Part shown: in pieces, positions 9,907 through 22,006 of the stretch
Position numbering within the stretch: the first letter of the stretch is position 1
How the letters are laid out: each line of letters opens with the position of its first letter
Assembly: GCA_977018835.1 (NCBI GenBank)
Contig: OZ361256.1
Location: 620,001 to 684,000 of the forward strand
DNA: 64,000 bases
Source of the DNA: Minutocellus sp. GHC0000111
Taxonomy: Eukaryota
Direction: 5' to 3'
Made by a program: the position numbers and the translations under genes
The notes under the pieces: model-generated
Databases searched by the model: none
What the model was told of the DNA's origin: nothing
What the model saw: the letters and a program-made list of their open reading frames with translations, nothing else

Positions 9907-12778
9907 ATGACGACGACCAACCAGACCACGCCCAAAAAATACAAACGCAGCAGAACTTCGTTCTCAGGGAGCAAGAGAGGCAGCACCAAGGCATCCAGGA
10001 AGGCGGCAAAGGCGGCACTGAGCCGAAAACACCATCGCCGAGCGCAAACACGTCGGTCGAAGAAGCGGCCACGGACGGTCAAATTCGCCCGCCAAACCGT
10101 CACCGTCGTCGGCGAAGAAGAGGACGGCCCCTCCTCCTATCCCCATGGCCTTTCTCCTTGCAGCAGATGTCATTCGAAGGGCTGGTAAGGATCTGTGGTG
10201 GAGAGTAACCCCCGATTCCTGCGGCAAAGATGACGTTTGTGTTGGTTCTCGGCAGAAATGGGAAGACGTCCTCCCTGCTTTCATCGAGGCCGACTTGTTG
10301 CGTTCCAAGTCCGTCGGTGGAGGAAAGTATGAGCTACAGTACAACGAGGAAAAATGGAAGGATATGCAGCAACATCTCAAGGAGCATTGTAGTTTGAAGT
10401 TGCACTTGTCGACGTATCGGCCGAGAGGGAAGACAAGACGCAGGGCGCTTTACTTTATGTTTGTGCTCACAGGTTGCGTAAAAAGAAGGAGGACAACCAC
10501 CCGAAATTCTCTGGACCGGAGGGACAGAAGGTGCACGAGAAAAGAAATCCCGATGAAGTTCTGTTCTCTGGGCGCTCGACTGTCTTAGCTACTAAGCTAG
10601 GTGAGAGGTTGTCAGCTCACAGAAAGGAGGTACAGTCAGCGCATTGCGAAGCAAGAGTAAAATCACTAGTCGACGAGGCCAAGAAACTGGGTTGGATGCC
10701 AGCAAGTCTCCTCAGCATACTGAAGGGAACTGGTGATACTTCCGCCACTGAAGCAGCTGCAGCCTCCCCCAATGATGAAGGTTTAGGAGGAGCCGATACT
10801 TCCGTTGTCTGTGCCACCTCCAGTGACATTGATGAACAGGTAAAGGTCGCTCTCGGCCTCGACTTTGTTGTTCGGATGGCCAACGATGACATGCTCCGTC
10901 CTCCTCGTCCCAATGCAACCGTCACCGAACCAATACCAATCAGAAAAGAAAAGCAGGCGAATGAAAGAATGCGGTTCAGCGCCGTGGCTCTCGCGGATTG
11001 GTGGGGACACGGCGACCCAACTCGCACGCATGAAGACCGGCGGCAACAAATTGCAACTGCCGCGTGTCGGCAAGTTGCGCACGACGATCACGGTTATGCC
11101 AAGTCAACCGGTGGTTCTCAGCTTTACAAGTGGAGAGACCAGCTCTACAAAAGCCTTACTGATGGCATCAGCAATCCCATCGGCAGAAAGGAGGTTCGTG
11201 GAAGGAAGGCATGCACGGACATGATCGAGGAGAAGGAGCCAGGATGTCTCCGCGAGCTGTGTCGGCATGCTGCTCGGATGAAGGGTGCGATGGCAACCTT
11301 TAAGGAGCTAGCTGACTGCATGAGCGCAAAATCAGCTACTCCAGATGAAGACAGGCTGACAATTAGTCTCCATCGTCTTCAGCTTTTTCGCTGGTGGAAA
11401 AAGCAAGGCGGCAAGGAGAAGTCGTCGATCGAGAAGCCGAGGCTCACCCCCGAATGTTGTAGGAAGCGACTTGATTGGATCGAAAAGTGGGAGGACATTA
11501 CGACCGATCCCAACATTCCTGTAGCGTGTCTTGATGAAAAGTGTTTTTTTTTCACTGCTGCTCGGCGACGAAAGATCAAGATGTTGCCACTTTCTGACGA
11601 AGAACTAAGCAGTCCGAACCTCGCGTCTATCCATGCTTCCGAGGCAAGCCCGAAAATTCGATCCAGAAGACACCCTGTCAAAGTTATGCATCTTGGAGTT
11701 GTTGGCCGACCAATGAAGGATGAAACCAAAGACGTTGATTTCAATGGGCGCATCATGATCAAGAGAGTCGCCAGGGAGCAGAAGGTGGAAAAGCTTACGC
11801 GTAATCAGAATTTCTCTCCAGATGCTAAGGTCAACGATGCGCTAAAAAATGACAAAGATTGGCGCGACATTTACGACGACGACGAGAATGCTGACATGAC
11901 CGCCGGCCATCTTTGCGACCACATTGCCGAAATCTACGGCCTTTCTGAGTTTGTTACAGAGCGATTGGAACTTCAATACGAGGACTATAAATCCGACGGT
12001 CAGGCAAAAAGTCGCAAGCATGCCGCTGTTGGCTGTGCAATCAAAAGATCTCGAGTCTCAAGCGACACACTCCTGATAGCACAGCAATGGAGAGAAGGTG
12101 AAGGTTGAGATCGACGACCTTGAGCTCGGGGTGCGGCATCAACGGGGCGATAAGGTTACCAAGGACTGTAGCTGCGACTCCAAATGGATGTTGGAGACTA
12201 TGAATGAGGTCGGGAAGGCGATTCGAGACGCACATCATTGGGTGAAGTGGGATCCACAAAACATTCAGGAGTCTGATGTTGCATGTCTCATGATGGACAA
12301 TGCCGGCGGTCATGGGTCCAATGAAGCAGTTGAGAAGTACACCGAGGACCTCAAAAACAAATATAAGATTGAGATAATCCAGCAGGTTCCTCGGTCGCCC
12401 GAGACAAATGTTCTTGATCTCGGCATCTGGATGTCTTTGCAGTCGGCCGTCGAAAAGGAGCATCGCGGTCAGAAGAATGATGCGAATGCTCTTGACAAGA
12501 CTGTGATGAAAGCATGGGCCAATGTCGCATCAAAAGAGGCCTTTCTCAATGTGAATGGAAAACTTCCAGTGACATATAACAACATCAAGAGAAGTCGTGG
12601 CGGTAACAATCTTGTGGAGACCAGACGGGGAAAGGCTGGTCTCGCAAAAATTGCCGAGGAAGAAGCTGAAGAGGATGGTGAACCACTCTGGCCAATTGAT
12701 GCTCCCGGCGAAGATGATGACATTGAGGACGACATAGATGAAAATGATGAAGACGATGGAGTCATTGATTTGCTATAA
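9907..12778 (+). pseudogene. Frameshifted Tc1/mariner-superfamily transposase, DD39D type, with long N-terminal extension (ORFs 9901-10188, 10145-10588, 10474-12108, 12098-12778)
   Basis: Motifs LDEK, KVMxLGVVGRP, MDNAGGHG and SPETNVLDLGIW; 39 residues between the 2nd and 3rd Asp; TIRs not identified; inclusion of the two upstream ORFs is inferred. Confidence 0.85.
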
Positions 12779-13376
12779 CTTATCATAGCATGTCCATTTC
12801 TATTCATTACATTTTGATTTGGTGCTTCCAAAAATGTTTTTTTTCCCGGGGTGAGGAATGCAAATGTCGAAAAAAAATCATCACATAATGTACATTTATT
12901 GGTTCTGGTGCACAATATCTCTCGACTATATGTAGAAGTTGGTGACCATAACTTGGTTCTTGCCCCGACTTCCATCTTGGCCGTCATTTATTCCTCGGAG
13001 TTAGAAAAAGTGAGCTTGGATTTTTGGTCTGGTGTGGTCGTGTTTGTTTCTAATACGTCATCATCACGTCACTTTCAAATCCTCTGAACTCGAAAGGTAG
13101 CTAGTAACCCGCTCTGTCTTTGTGCTTGTACTGCCTCCCTTTGTTGGTCTATCTAGAGCCCAACACCGTTGTAAACATTAACATTTGCACATAACCTCCG
13201 TAATTTAGATCTATTTGGCCACCATGGCAGCCCCAATGCCGATCCTCCAAGAGGCATGCGCGGTGGCTGGCATTCATTCGTTTAGGGCCTTAGACACTTA
13301 GACACGTGTGTGGAGTGCCACAAAGCTGAGCTGACAACAGCTAGCTTCGTCCCAAAAATGCATGTTGAAGCGTGAA

Positions 13377-13745
13377 ACAAAGCACAAAAGCACAAAAGTG
13401 CAAAGTGCAAAGTGCAAAGCACAAAGCACAAAGCACCACCAAAGCACAACAAAGCACAAAGAGCACAAAAGTGCAAAAGTGGTAAGTGCAAGGCAGATTC
13501 AAAGTAAAGCACAAAAGTGCAAGAGTAGACTGGTGGGGATGTTAGCAGCTGTGGTGAATGGGATGAGCACTGGGTGGTTTGGGCGGGGCTTGGAGGGTTA
13601 GCAGTTGTAGACCTGCCAAAGCACAAAAGCACAAAAGTGCAGAAAGCAGCAGCACAAAAGCACAAAGCACGAAAGCACAAAAGTGCAAAGTGCAAAAGCA
13701 CAAAGTCCAAAGTGCAAAAGTGCAAAAGTGCAAAAGTAAAAAAGT
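13377..13745 (+). repeat. Satellite of (GCACAAAA/GTGCAAAA)n with an embedded ~100-bp complex unit (13522-13620)
   Basis: Visible 7-8-bp periodicity; same family occurs in reverse at 37560-38637. Confidence 0.9.
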
Positions 13746-14224
13746 GCCGATGCCCGGCACCAGCAGCAGACATGGCTCTCCGCACGACCACACTCAACAG
13801 TGCATTGTTAGCAGTTAAAGCTATCAAAAGGACAGGATCAAAGAAGAAAGACATGAAGAACAGTTGTCCTTGAACATAGAAGACGTGGCAATAATTGCAA
13901 CGCACGGGAACCCGGAACTTAAGTCCGGCGAGGAAACATCTGGTAGAAGCGCAAACGCTTGCACCCAACACCCGAGGATGGGGCCGCAGCAGGCGACTGA
14001 ATGTCACAGCATGGAACGAGGAGGAGACTGGGACCGGTCCTGGTCTTGCCGGCATGTTCTTTGACACAAACACACGGATGCGAGGACTCCTCCTCGACCA
14101 GACTTTGCGAGGACTCCTCGGCACGGAGGAGTTCATGTCAAGCAAAACACGGCGGCTGCTGCTGCTGCTTCAAAAAGCTAAAGGCGCTTTGTCAGTTCTG
14201 CAATGTTTCCATTACATCTTTATG

Positions 14225-14289
14225 ACGCACGTGAAGAAGCAATGTGCATTGACTCACTCGACTAAGATGACCCATGAATTCCTCTCTCA
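14225..14289 (+). repeat. 65-bp module duplicated at 38704-38768; contains CACGTG and TGACTCA
   Basis: Direct alignment shows 3 mismatches; lies ~50 bp upstream of the ATG at 14341. Confidence 0.85.
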
Positions 14290-14340
14290 TCAACCTCAAC
14301 CCGCCAAGGCGCAGGCATAAGGCAGTCACAAAAAGAAGCC

Positions 14341-17088
14341 ATGATGAACGAAGATACCGGTACTACTACCGACGCACCGCCCATCGCTCTGGACGGTGAG
14401 GTCACTACCTCCACCGTGTCCGCCATCCCCGCCGTCGGCCCCTCTGACGTCGTGGTATCGGCTAGCGAACATGCGAACGGCACCAATAATTGCGACATTA
14501 GCGGCACTACGTGTAGCAATTCTGCCGTAACTGCGGCGGCAGCAACTGCAGGCAGTAGCAGCCGTCGCCGAAGGACCAAGAAGGTTGCCAAGCGGAAGCG
14601 TCGGCCCGACGGCGAGGACGACGACGAAAGCGTGGAAGCACCCGCAGCTGTTGCGGCTGCACCACCGCCGGCAATAACAGACATACCGCAGTCCAACATG
14701 ACCAAGATCGAGTGGATGCGGTACCGCCAGCGTCAGCGAGATGAGCGCAGGAGGCAGATCGTGGCCGACATTGTCGAGCGGAGGAGGCAGAACAATTTGA
14801 GCGGCCGGTCCAATTCGACGACGCCGAGCGATGGTCCTATCGACGATGGCGCACCAAGCATGTCGGGTAAGCAGCGACAGGAGCATAAGCAACGGATTAT
14901 TAGTAAGAAAACGTCCAGCAGCGTCGGATGGAGTGCCGATAGCAAGGGCAGTGCCACTGACGACGACGACGACGAGAATTCTGTATCCGAAGGATCTTTC
15001 AGCGGCAGCCCCACCTCCTTTGTCCGTCGTCGTCGGCAGAAGCAGATGCAGATGCAGAGGAGGAGGTCCAGCAGTGACTTTATCATGCTGGACACCACCA
15101 CTACCAGTGAGGACGATGACGACGACGACGACGACGATGGCGGTGAGAAGGGAGCTGGCGACAGCAGCAGTGAGTACCACGACTCTGAGGACGGAGATCT
15201 TAGTTCGTCGGACGACAATTCGGATCAACATGCCGACGGTGCCATCGTTACATCCACCCGTCGCTCGACACGCAACGAGGGTAGCACCGCCATCGCCAGA
15301 ATCACCAAGGATGTCCGGGCAGCATCTGCGAGGGCTAGATCGATCGGAAGCAGGGCAGATTCTGCTGGTACTTTGCGTGCTAGCATGACCAGACCGTCCA
15401 ACGGCGACGCGGCCACAACCCCATTCAACGCATCCTTCACTGCCGATGACCCAGGAGTGCATGTAGGAGGTGGCCGACGGACCAAGAAGGTGCGGAGTGC
15501 CAAGCGACTGGTCACTGTATCGATGCCCCGAGCGGGCCAGGCTCTCAAAGGCCAGGCCATCATGCTGGCAGGTAGCGTCGCCAGCGGTGAGAAGAGCGGA
15601 GAAAGCGGAAGTGACAGTGGTGGCAGTGCACTTTCGGGCGGCGAGGCTGTCGATCATGCAGTTGCCGGCGCAAAGCCAGCGGCGGGCAACAAGATCTCGA
15701 CTCAGCGCGCTCAAGTCCGGCAGCAGCCTCAGCCTACAACTTCATTTCAAGGTCAACACGCCGGCGGTCAGAGGGCGACCCTGAATGCCACCGGCGGGGC
15801 AAATGTTGCCATGCCTCCTTCTATGTCGCAGTCCCAACCGCATCATCAGCAACTACGTCAACAAGCACAAGCCCAGCAGTATCTTCCTCAGCAATCATCG
15901 CCGCAGATATCTCCCGGACCTCCGGGGCATGAACGGTCCAATGTGAGCGACAATGTCGCCATGGCATTCAATAGTGCCAACGCTGATACTACTTCAGGGA
16001 ACGGGGCTCCGACGCGAAAGAGAGGGCGGCCTAAGAAGAATTTTGACTCCTCCGGTATGAACATCAACAGTTCCAACATACCAAAGAGGAACCAACCCGC
16101 TTCGCTCCCACTTTCGGATCCACCCAAACTGGAGGGAATTGTTGGCCAAGTCCAGCAGCCCGTATCTGTACCTACTAGCCTAGTCTTTCCCACTGGCATA
16201 GAGGAGACCGTATCTAAGGCAGCGTCCCTGGTCGCCGCCGAGATCAAGTCTGGCTGCTGGGTACGCCAATGGGCTGATGGCCTCAATATTGTCGATACCG
16301 CCGACAACATCGATATGACTCGAGTCGAGAAATTGCGAGGTGTTGCATTGCACACCGCCGCGGCGGCGCTGGAGCAGTTTGCTATGCAAATGATCCTTCC
16401 GTCCTTCATTTCGGCTGGTGTCAGAGAAGGTCCTGGGTGCGGCACTGATTCAGATTCCTCATCTGGAGGTAGTCATCGCACACTATCTGGTACATTTTTG
16501 GCGCTGCGAGAAATTTTAATGATTAACTCTGATTCTTATTTCTTTCATGTGGGTCGCTCCGATAAAGACAGGCCCGTTCCAACACCTGAGAACGGTCGTA
16601 ACTCGACTTATGGGTCGGAAGAGAAAGTTCTCACGTCTAGGCTTATTGCAACAGGTGTCCTCTTTGCCTCCGTGAATAGACTCGACGAAGAGAAGGAGAG
16701 TGTGCTTGCGGATCTTGTTGCTGCAATCGGTGAGTACGACACCGCGGAGGACACCTTCGTCCTTTGCTTGGAGCGAGCTGATGGGCAGTCTTTGGGCATG
16801 CTGCCCAATGGCCATGCTCTTGGCCAGGAAGAAAATATCGCTTGGGTGGTGAGTTTCAATGCTGCAAGAGAGAAACACCCATTGATCACTACGAAGAAAC
16901 GAAGGGATTTGGCTCGGCGACTTGCTTCCTATTCAAGCTCTATCTCTGATGAGCACAAGACTAAGCTTGCCAACAGCGTCTTGAATGACACGATGCATAC
17001 TTTGGATATGCCCAAACCGAACGCTTGTGCATTATATTTTGTCGGAGAAGATGGCATGATGATGCCAGGCTCAAGAAGCCCGAGGTGA
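14341..17088 (+). CDS. Hypothetical 915-aa low-complexity, probably nuclear protein with an AT-hook-like motif
   Basis: Long uninterrupted ORF; basic NLS-like runs, acidic tracts, RKRGRPKK. Confidence 0.75.
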   Translation: MMNEDTGTTTDAPPIALDGEVTTSTVSAIPAVGPSDVVVSASEHANGTNNCDISGTTCSNSAVTAAAATAGSSSRRRRTKKVAKRKRRPDGEDDDESVEAPAAVAAAPPPAITDIPQSNMTKIEWMRYRQRQRDERRRQIVADIVERRRQNNLSGRSNSTTPSDGPIDDGAPSMSGKQRQEHKQRIISKKTSSSVGWSADSKGSATDDDDDENSVSEGSFSGSPTSFVRRRRQKQMQMQRRRSSSDFIMLDTTTTSEDDDDDDDDDGGEKGAGDSSSEYHDSEDGDLSSSDDNSDQHADGAIVTSTRRSTRNEGSTAIARITKDVRAASARARSIGSRADSAGTLRASMTRPSNGDAATTPFNASFTADDPGVHVGGGRRTKKVRSAKRLVTVSMPRAGQALKGQAIMLAGSVASGEKSGESGSDSGGSALSGGEAVDHAVAGAKPAAGNKISTQRAQVRQQPQPTTSFQGQHAGGQRATLNATGGANVAMPPSMSQSQPHHQQLRQQAQAQQYLPQQSSPQISPGPPGHERSNVSDNVAMAFNSANADTTSGNGAPTRKRGRPKKNFDSSGMNINSSNIPKRNQPASLPLSDPPKLEGIVGQVQQPVSVPTSLVFPTGIEETVSKAASLVAAEIKSGCWVRQWADGLNIVDTADNIDMTRVEKLRGVALHTAAAALEQFAMQMILPSFISAGVREGPGCGTDSDSSSGGSHRTLSGTFLALREILMINSDSYFFHVGRSDKDRPVPTPENGRNSTYGSEEKVLTSRLIATGVLFASVNRLDEEKESVLADLVAAIGEYDTAEDTFVLCLERADGQSLGMLPNGHALGQEENIAWVVSFNAAREKHPLITTKKRRDLARRLASYSSSISDEHKTKLANSVLNDTMHTLDMPKPNACALYFVGEDGMMMPGSRSPR

Positions 17089-17428
17089 AATTTGACGTAC
17101 GTTCATAGAGTAATCAACGTACATGGAACGTGATAATAATCCAAAAGTTTCGTCGAGGTTACAACGATTGTAGGTGCGAACAGATCCACATGGTATGCTA
17201 CTTTTAGCTAGTAAATATGTGCATGTAGAGGTGAATACTTGGCTTGATGTCAGGTATTTGTAGTTTGTACTTACCATCGGCCACAATATCTTTACAAGCC
17301 TCCCATCCCTTGGCCTCGTCGCAGGCTAGCTGGGCAATGTTTGCATTCTCCCACGCTTTGTGACCAAGGGAAGTTTTCTTGTCGTCACCGACCTTGTTCT
17401 TGGGCGATAGAGCTGATAGAAGCTTCAT
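17071..17428 (-). CDS. Possible small spliced hypothetical gene or fragment
   Basis: ATG at 17428; GTAAGT donor near 17273 can join in frame to ORF 17071-17286; no recognised homology. Confidence 0.25.
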
Positions 17429-17982
17429 GATTGATTGTTGGGACGAAATGCGGAAGTGTGAAAGTAGGATTGCTTATTGCTTGACTAGCATGTACCGAGG
17501 CGGACTTTGAAGAAAAATGGTCATGGTTCTCTCCTGAATGTGCCGTGTAGTACTTTCACGGCGAACCTTTCTATTCCTTCTCACCTTTCAAGATGTTGGT
17601 GCCGCGGGCCTTTTATGCGGCTCGCGGCATCTCAGCTACGCAGTAGCCTAGAGCGAGGGAGGAGGTTGGATGCCTCGCGTTGTTGAGGGCTGGGGCACAC
17701 GTTTTGACCCGTGATGTCGCAGGCTATTGCGATAGGCATAAATGATTTTACCGTCTATGAACCCGGAAGTTGTCAAGCCGGAACGCAGAAGAAGCCAACG
17801 TCGCTTCTCTTTCATTGAGGCATCAGGCCAAATAACGCCTTCGCATCACGGCATCTCCCCATTCATATTACGATTGAACCGCAACTCAATAACAACCAGG
17901 CCCGAGAGCTAACATAGCACCAAATTAACCTTCAAATATCTTCATTGTAAGTAAGGTAGGCACCACGCAATACCAAGGCATC

Positions 17983-20007
17983 ATGCCCACCCTACATATC
18001 GTCCGGAAAGTCGAGGTTCAATTTCCGCTGGTTGACGAAGAAGGCCGTTTCATTCGGGGCGGCCATTCAAGCAAACAAAATGCGGGCGCAGCTGATTGCT
18101 CGGTCGAGAAAATGGCTGCCGCGATTATAGACGACGTCGACCGATCTCTGAGTCAGCATGTGCATGTGCACATCCCGTCTGGCAGCCATGACAGCCATGT
18201 GGGCGACGATGGTACAAAGACAACAACCGCCACAACAGCCATGCATCCAAACGATACTGGTACACAACGAAAGCCAAATACATGTAATCACGAACAAATC
18301 CCTTGGAAAGAGGCTGGCAAGTCAGTGCCACGCATAGAAGAGTCGAACCCTTCGCAACCAGAGTCTTCTCTACCTACTACTAGTTTGACAAGCCTGAGAA
18401 AATATCCATCGTTGTGTTCGAAGCAGCCAGCTGTTCAAACGAACACCGATGATACGGTGCCTATAGCTGCTGGAAGCATCCCCCCACCAACTCGTCTGGC
18501 AAAAAATGTCGTTACGCAAGACGGCATAGTTGGAAATGCTGGCGCAAAGATGGTCCTTCTGCCGGCGGCTGGTACATCCAACGCGAGCTGTGCCGCGAGG
18601 GCGAAGCGAGCGTCGTTTAGTGCGTTGAGTGGTAGAATCCACCCATGCGATGCTTCAAACTATTTGGGCAGTGATGATCGTGCCTCGCACCTTCCACCGC
18701 GGAAACGTCTGAAGTATAATAATTACATTGATGCCCTTGAACTTCTTATGAAGGAAAAGAAGGCTGTGCCGCAGAAGAAGAAAGATATTGGTCCAAGCCA
18801 TACCACTTTACCTCAATTTCCTGTAACAGCACCAATTCCGTTGAGCGAAAGTACTGAGACTCCCCGGAGGATTGCCGTGTGCACCGAAGAAGAGTGCGAC
18901 ATGGCCGCCGCACTGATGTCCCTGCCAAGTAGAACTCCGAGTAGCCCCAGCAATAGTTCGTCTCCAAAGTCCACGACGATTACCGATGGAGCTAGCCTCC
19001 TATCGTCCATCCATAACATGAGCGCTGGCCGCCCTACCGGCACCGACAACAACTCAGGCGCTGCCCCAATATCGCCTGCGTCTCCGACCCAGCCCCCTCT
19101 CATCTTTGACATTGGCGCTTGGTTTGACCAACATCAATCAGGAGGAAGAATTAAGGAAGAAAAACATAGACCACATGCAGAGCCCCGAGAGTCCAAAAGT
19201 AGCCGTAGTAGCAGCGAAGACGAATCGTCAAAGAAGAGAAACCAGCCAAGTCCAGGCCCAAATATAAAGATGAGGATAACGAAAAAAACAAATGCAAGGA
19301 CATATGCACGCCGGCAGAGAAGAGCTTGGCTGATGTCGACGATACGTGCAAACGCACACCCAATAGTAGCCCTCTCCTTGATTCGGGAAAGGCGAAGAAA
19401 CATAAAAGGGGATACAACCAACGTCATTTTGAAGGAGAACGCCTCATCCCTCAGCACCCCCATCTCTCATCTAAAGCGACAAAGGAGACACTCAAACACT
19501 CTAGTTCCGACCCGAGCTCGTTTTTTCCCTCAAGGCTTCGTACTCTTCTCGAGTGTACCGAAGATGATGGGTTGGCCAGCGTCTTTTCTTGGCAGGTGAG
19601 ACTGTATTGTGTGTATCGTACTCTAATCATGACTTGATGTTCGTTTCATAGGCGTATCTTGCTATTAGGATTCGTTCTATGCTGATCATACACCTTCTTC
19701 CCTCTTTCAGCCCCATGGTAAAGCAATAAAAAACCACAGCAAGCAACGCTTCGTCACCGGCATTCTTCAAAAGTATCTCGGAGGAATGAAGCACGAGAGC
19801 TTTACCCGACAGCTCAATCTCTGGAACTTCCAACGCATCTCTAGTGGCAAAGATAAGGGCGCATACTACCATCCGTATTTTGTGCGAGATCAGCCCGATC
19901 TCATGACCAAGATGAAGAGAAGTCGTGCGAGATCAGCCCGATCTCATGACCAAGATGAAGAGAAGTCTATAATGCGATACCATTCAATCATGAACCATGA
20001 TTCATGA
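17983..20007 (+). CDS. HSF-type DNA-binding transcription factor with C-terminal HSF domain; frameshift at ~19212-19326; intron 19596-19710
   Basis: FPSRLRTLLE...VFSWQ|PHGKA...ESFTRQLNLWNFQRISSGKDKGAYYHPYFVRD across a GT-AG intron. Confidence 0.85.
19882..19967 (+). repeat. Perfect 43-bp tandem duplication at the end of the HSF domain
   Basis: gtgcgagatcagcccgatctcatgaccaagatgaagagaagtc occurs twice in tandem. Confidence 0.95.
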
Positions 20008-20044
20008 TCCTCGAAACAACAACAACAACAACAATAAGAATGAC

Positions 20045-21943
20045 ATGAGCAACGCGGACAAGTTTTCTAATTCAGATGACCTGTTTGATGCAGTGTTACA
20101 CAGACAGTGGGATGTGGCAATGGAACGAGTTTTGAAGCATCCAGAAGAGGCATCCCAGTGGAAGATGATCACTTTGAGAGACTGTCCTGTTCAGCTGCTG
20201 CCACTCCATCTGGCGGTGCAGCTCCGGCCACCAGCACGGTTGATCAGGGCGCTGTTGCAAGCCGATGTCGATTCCGCTATGCGTCCGGATTTTCACAATA
20301 GACTTCCCATCCATTGGTCAGTCGATTCAGGGGCGTCTGATCCAGGAGTCGTCAACGTTCTCCTCGAGGCGTGGCCGGGTAGTGCTAAGCGCATCGAGTC
20401 GCAATTTGGATTCACACCGTTGCACATCCACTGCTATCATTGTAATGTAACAAGGGATGGGCCCAGCGAAAAGGATCAGCTCAGCATTGCTTCGATGCTA
20501 ATAAAAGCCAATCCCGAGGCATTATCGACACCCGACAAAGGAGGTTGGTTACCAATACATCTCTATGCCCGTACTGGACGAAGTCCAAAATTGCTCCATC
20601 TTTTGTTTCGGGCATATCCCAGAGGCATTCGCCAATGCGATCCAAAGGGCAGACAGCCCCTCCATTTAGCAATGATGAATAGAGAGAGTGGAGAGAATAC
20701 GGCACTGCCGATTATTAGGCGCCTTATTGACTTAAATCCAGCAGCGTTGATGATAAAAGAAAAGCGCCATGCGTTCCTACCCCTTCATGTGGCATGTTCG
20801 ATTCCGCAGCCCGATTCCACAATTGCTCTTCTTTTGGAGAGATACCCCAACGCGGCCAAGCAAGTAGATGCACGCTCATCTCTGCCACTGCATCTTGCGA
20901 TTCGAGCTAAGGCACCGAGCGGCACTATCAAGCGCATTTTGCAAGCTTATGCGTCTGGCGCGATGTCGTTGGATGCCGATGGTAGGATACCTCTTCATTT
21001 CGCATGTAAGACCGCCCATTCAAAAGCAACGATCAAAATGCTTATTGACGTCTATCCAGGCGGAGTCTTTGTAAAAGAGAACAAGTATGGTTACACGAGG
21101 TAAGCGATGCATGAATTTCTGCTCGGTAGTTATCATTTCATCTTTTCATGATAAAGAGACCAAGCGCCAATTTCTGAAAAAAATCAGCCGGATTGTTTCC
21201 TTCTCTCAATCCTTGACCAATAGCTTGGCAACTGCTTGCACAAGTGTGATCGACGACGTTTCCGTCTTCCATTTACTTCTTTCGAGGAGTAACGCTGTTG
21301 CAAGTATCGCTGACCAGAATGGCGCCCTCCCTCTTCACCTGGCTTGCCAAAACCAACTCTTACCCTCTGTAGTACGATTGATAGTGCAAGCGTATCCCCG
21401 GGCTATCGAAGTTAAGGATAGGCAGGGGAACACCCCAAAGGATATCACAATGCTTCTTGCTAATGGCCAAAGACGAGACGACATTTTACAAGTATTGAGG
21501 CTTGCATCAAGGTATGTCAAAAGATGGAAAAGAACAATTCGCCATTGAAATGCTACACACATTTTCACAAGTCCTCCATTGACTCTGATTTTAATTTTTT
21601 GCTTGTGCATGATTTATGCTACTATCCAATTCGTACAGCCCCCCTGAGATAAATCTCATCACGGAGCATGTTTCAACATTAGGTCTCAATGGCGTCAAGA
21701 GGCCGTCAATGCTAAGGAACATTGATGGAAATCGGGCGTCGTCAGCTGAGTCAAAGCAATCGCAGCCACAAGATGAAGAAGGAAAATGCGTCATTTGCAT
21801 CTTTTGCTCTTATTCCATGTGGTCACTTATCTCTATGCATCCAATGCAAGCAGACCCGCCTCCAAGATTTGCACCACACTTGTCCGGTATGCCGTTCCAC
21901 ATTTCACGATGCGATGCGGGTATTTGGAGTACCCTTTACGTAA
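20045..21943 (+). CDS. Ankyrin-like repeat protein with a frameshifted C-terminal RING finger
   Basis: Many LPLH/TPLH repeats; introns at ~21100-21222 and ~21512-21638; CVIC and ALIPCGHLSLCIQC...CPVCR are in different frames. Confidence 0.85.
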
Positions 21944-22006
21944 CAAAGTAATCTAATGACGAACATTGGATGCTGTAGCATGTTGTCACACCATATTCAT
22001 TTAGGC

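Noticed and set aside
9400..13300. TIRs for the DD39D element, or a link to the MITE TIR
   Set aside because: No convincing matching inverted ends found by eye
13282..14145. Cys/Phe/Leu-rich and Lys/His-rich ORFs over the satellites (also 36382-38769)
   Set aside because: Translations of tandem repeats; frames stay open because TA loss removes many stop codons
14326..15714. Long antisense ORFs (also 32676-33944, 34497-35453, 39858-40895)
   Set aside because: Shadow ORFs of GC-rich coding sequence on the opposite strand with no recognisable motifs
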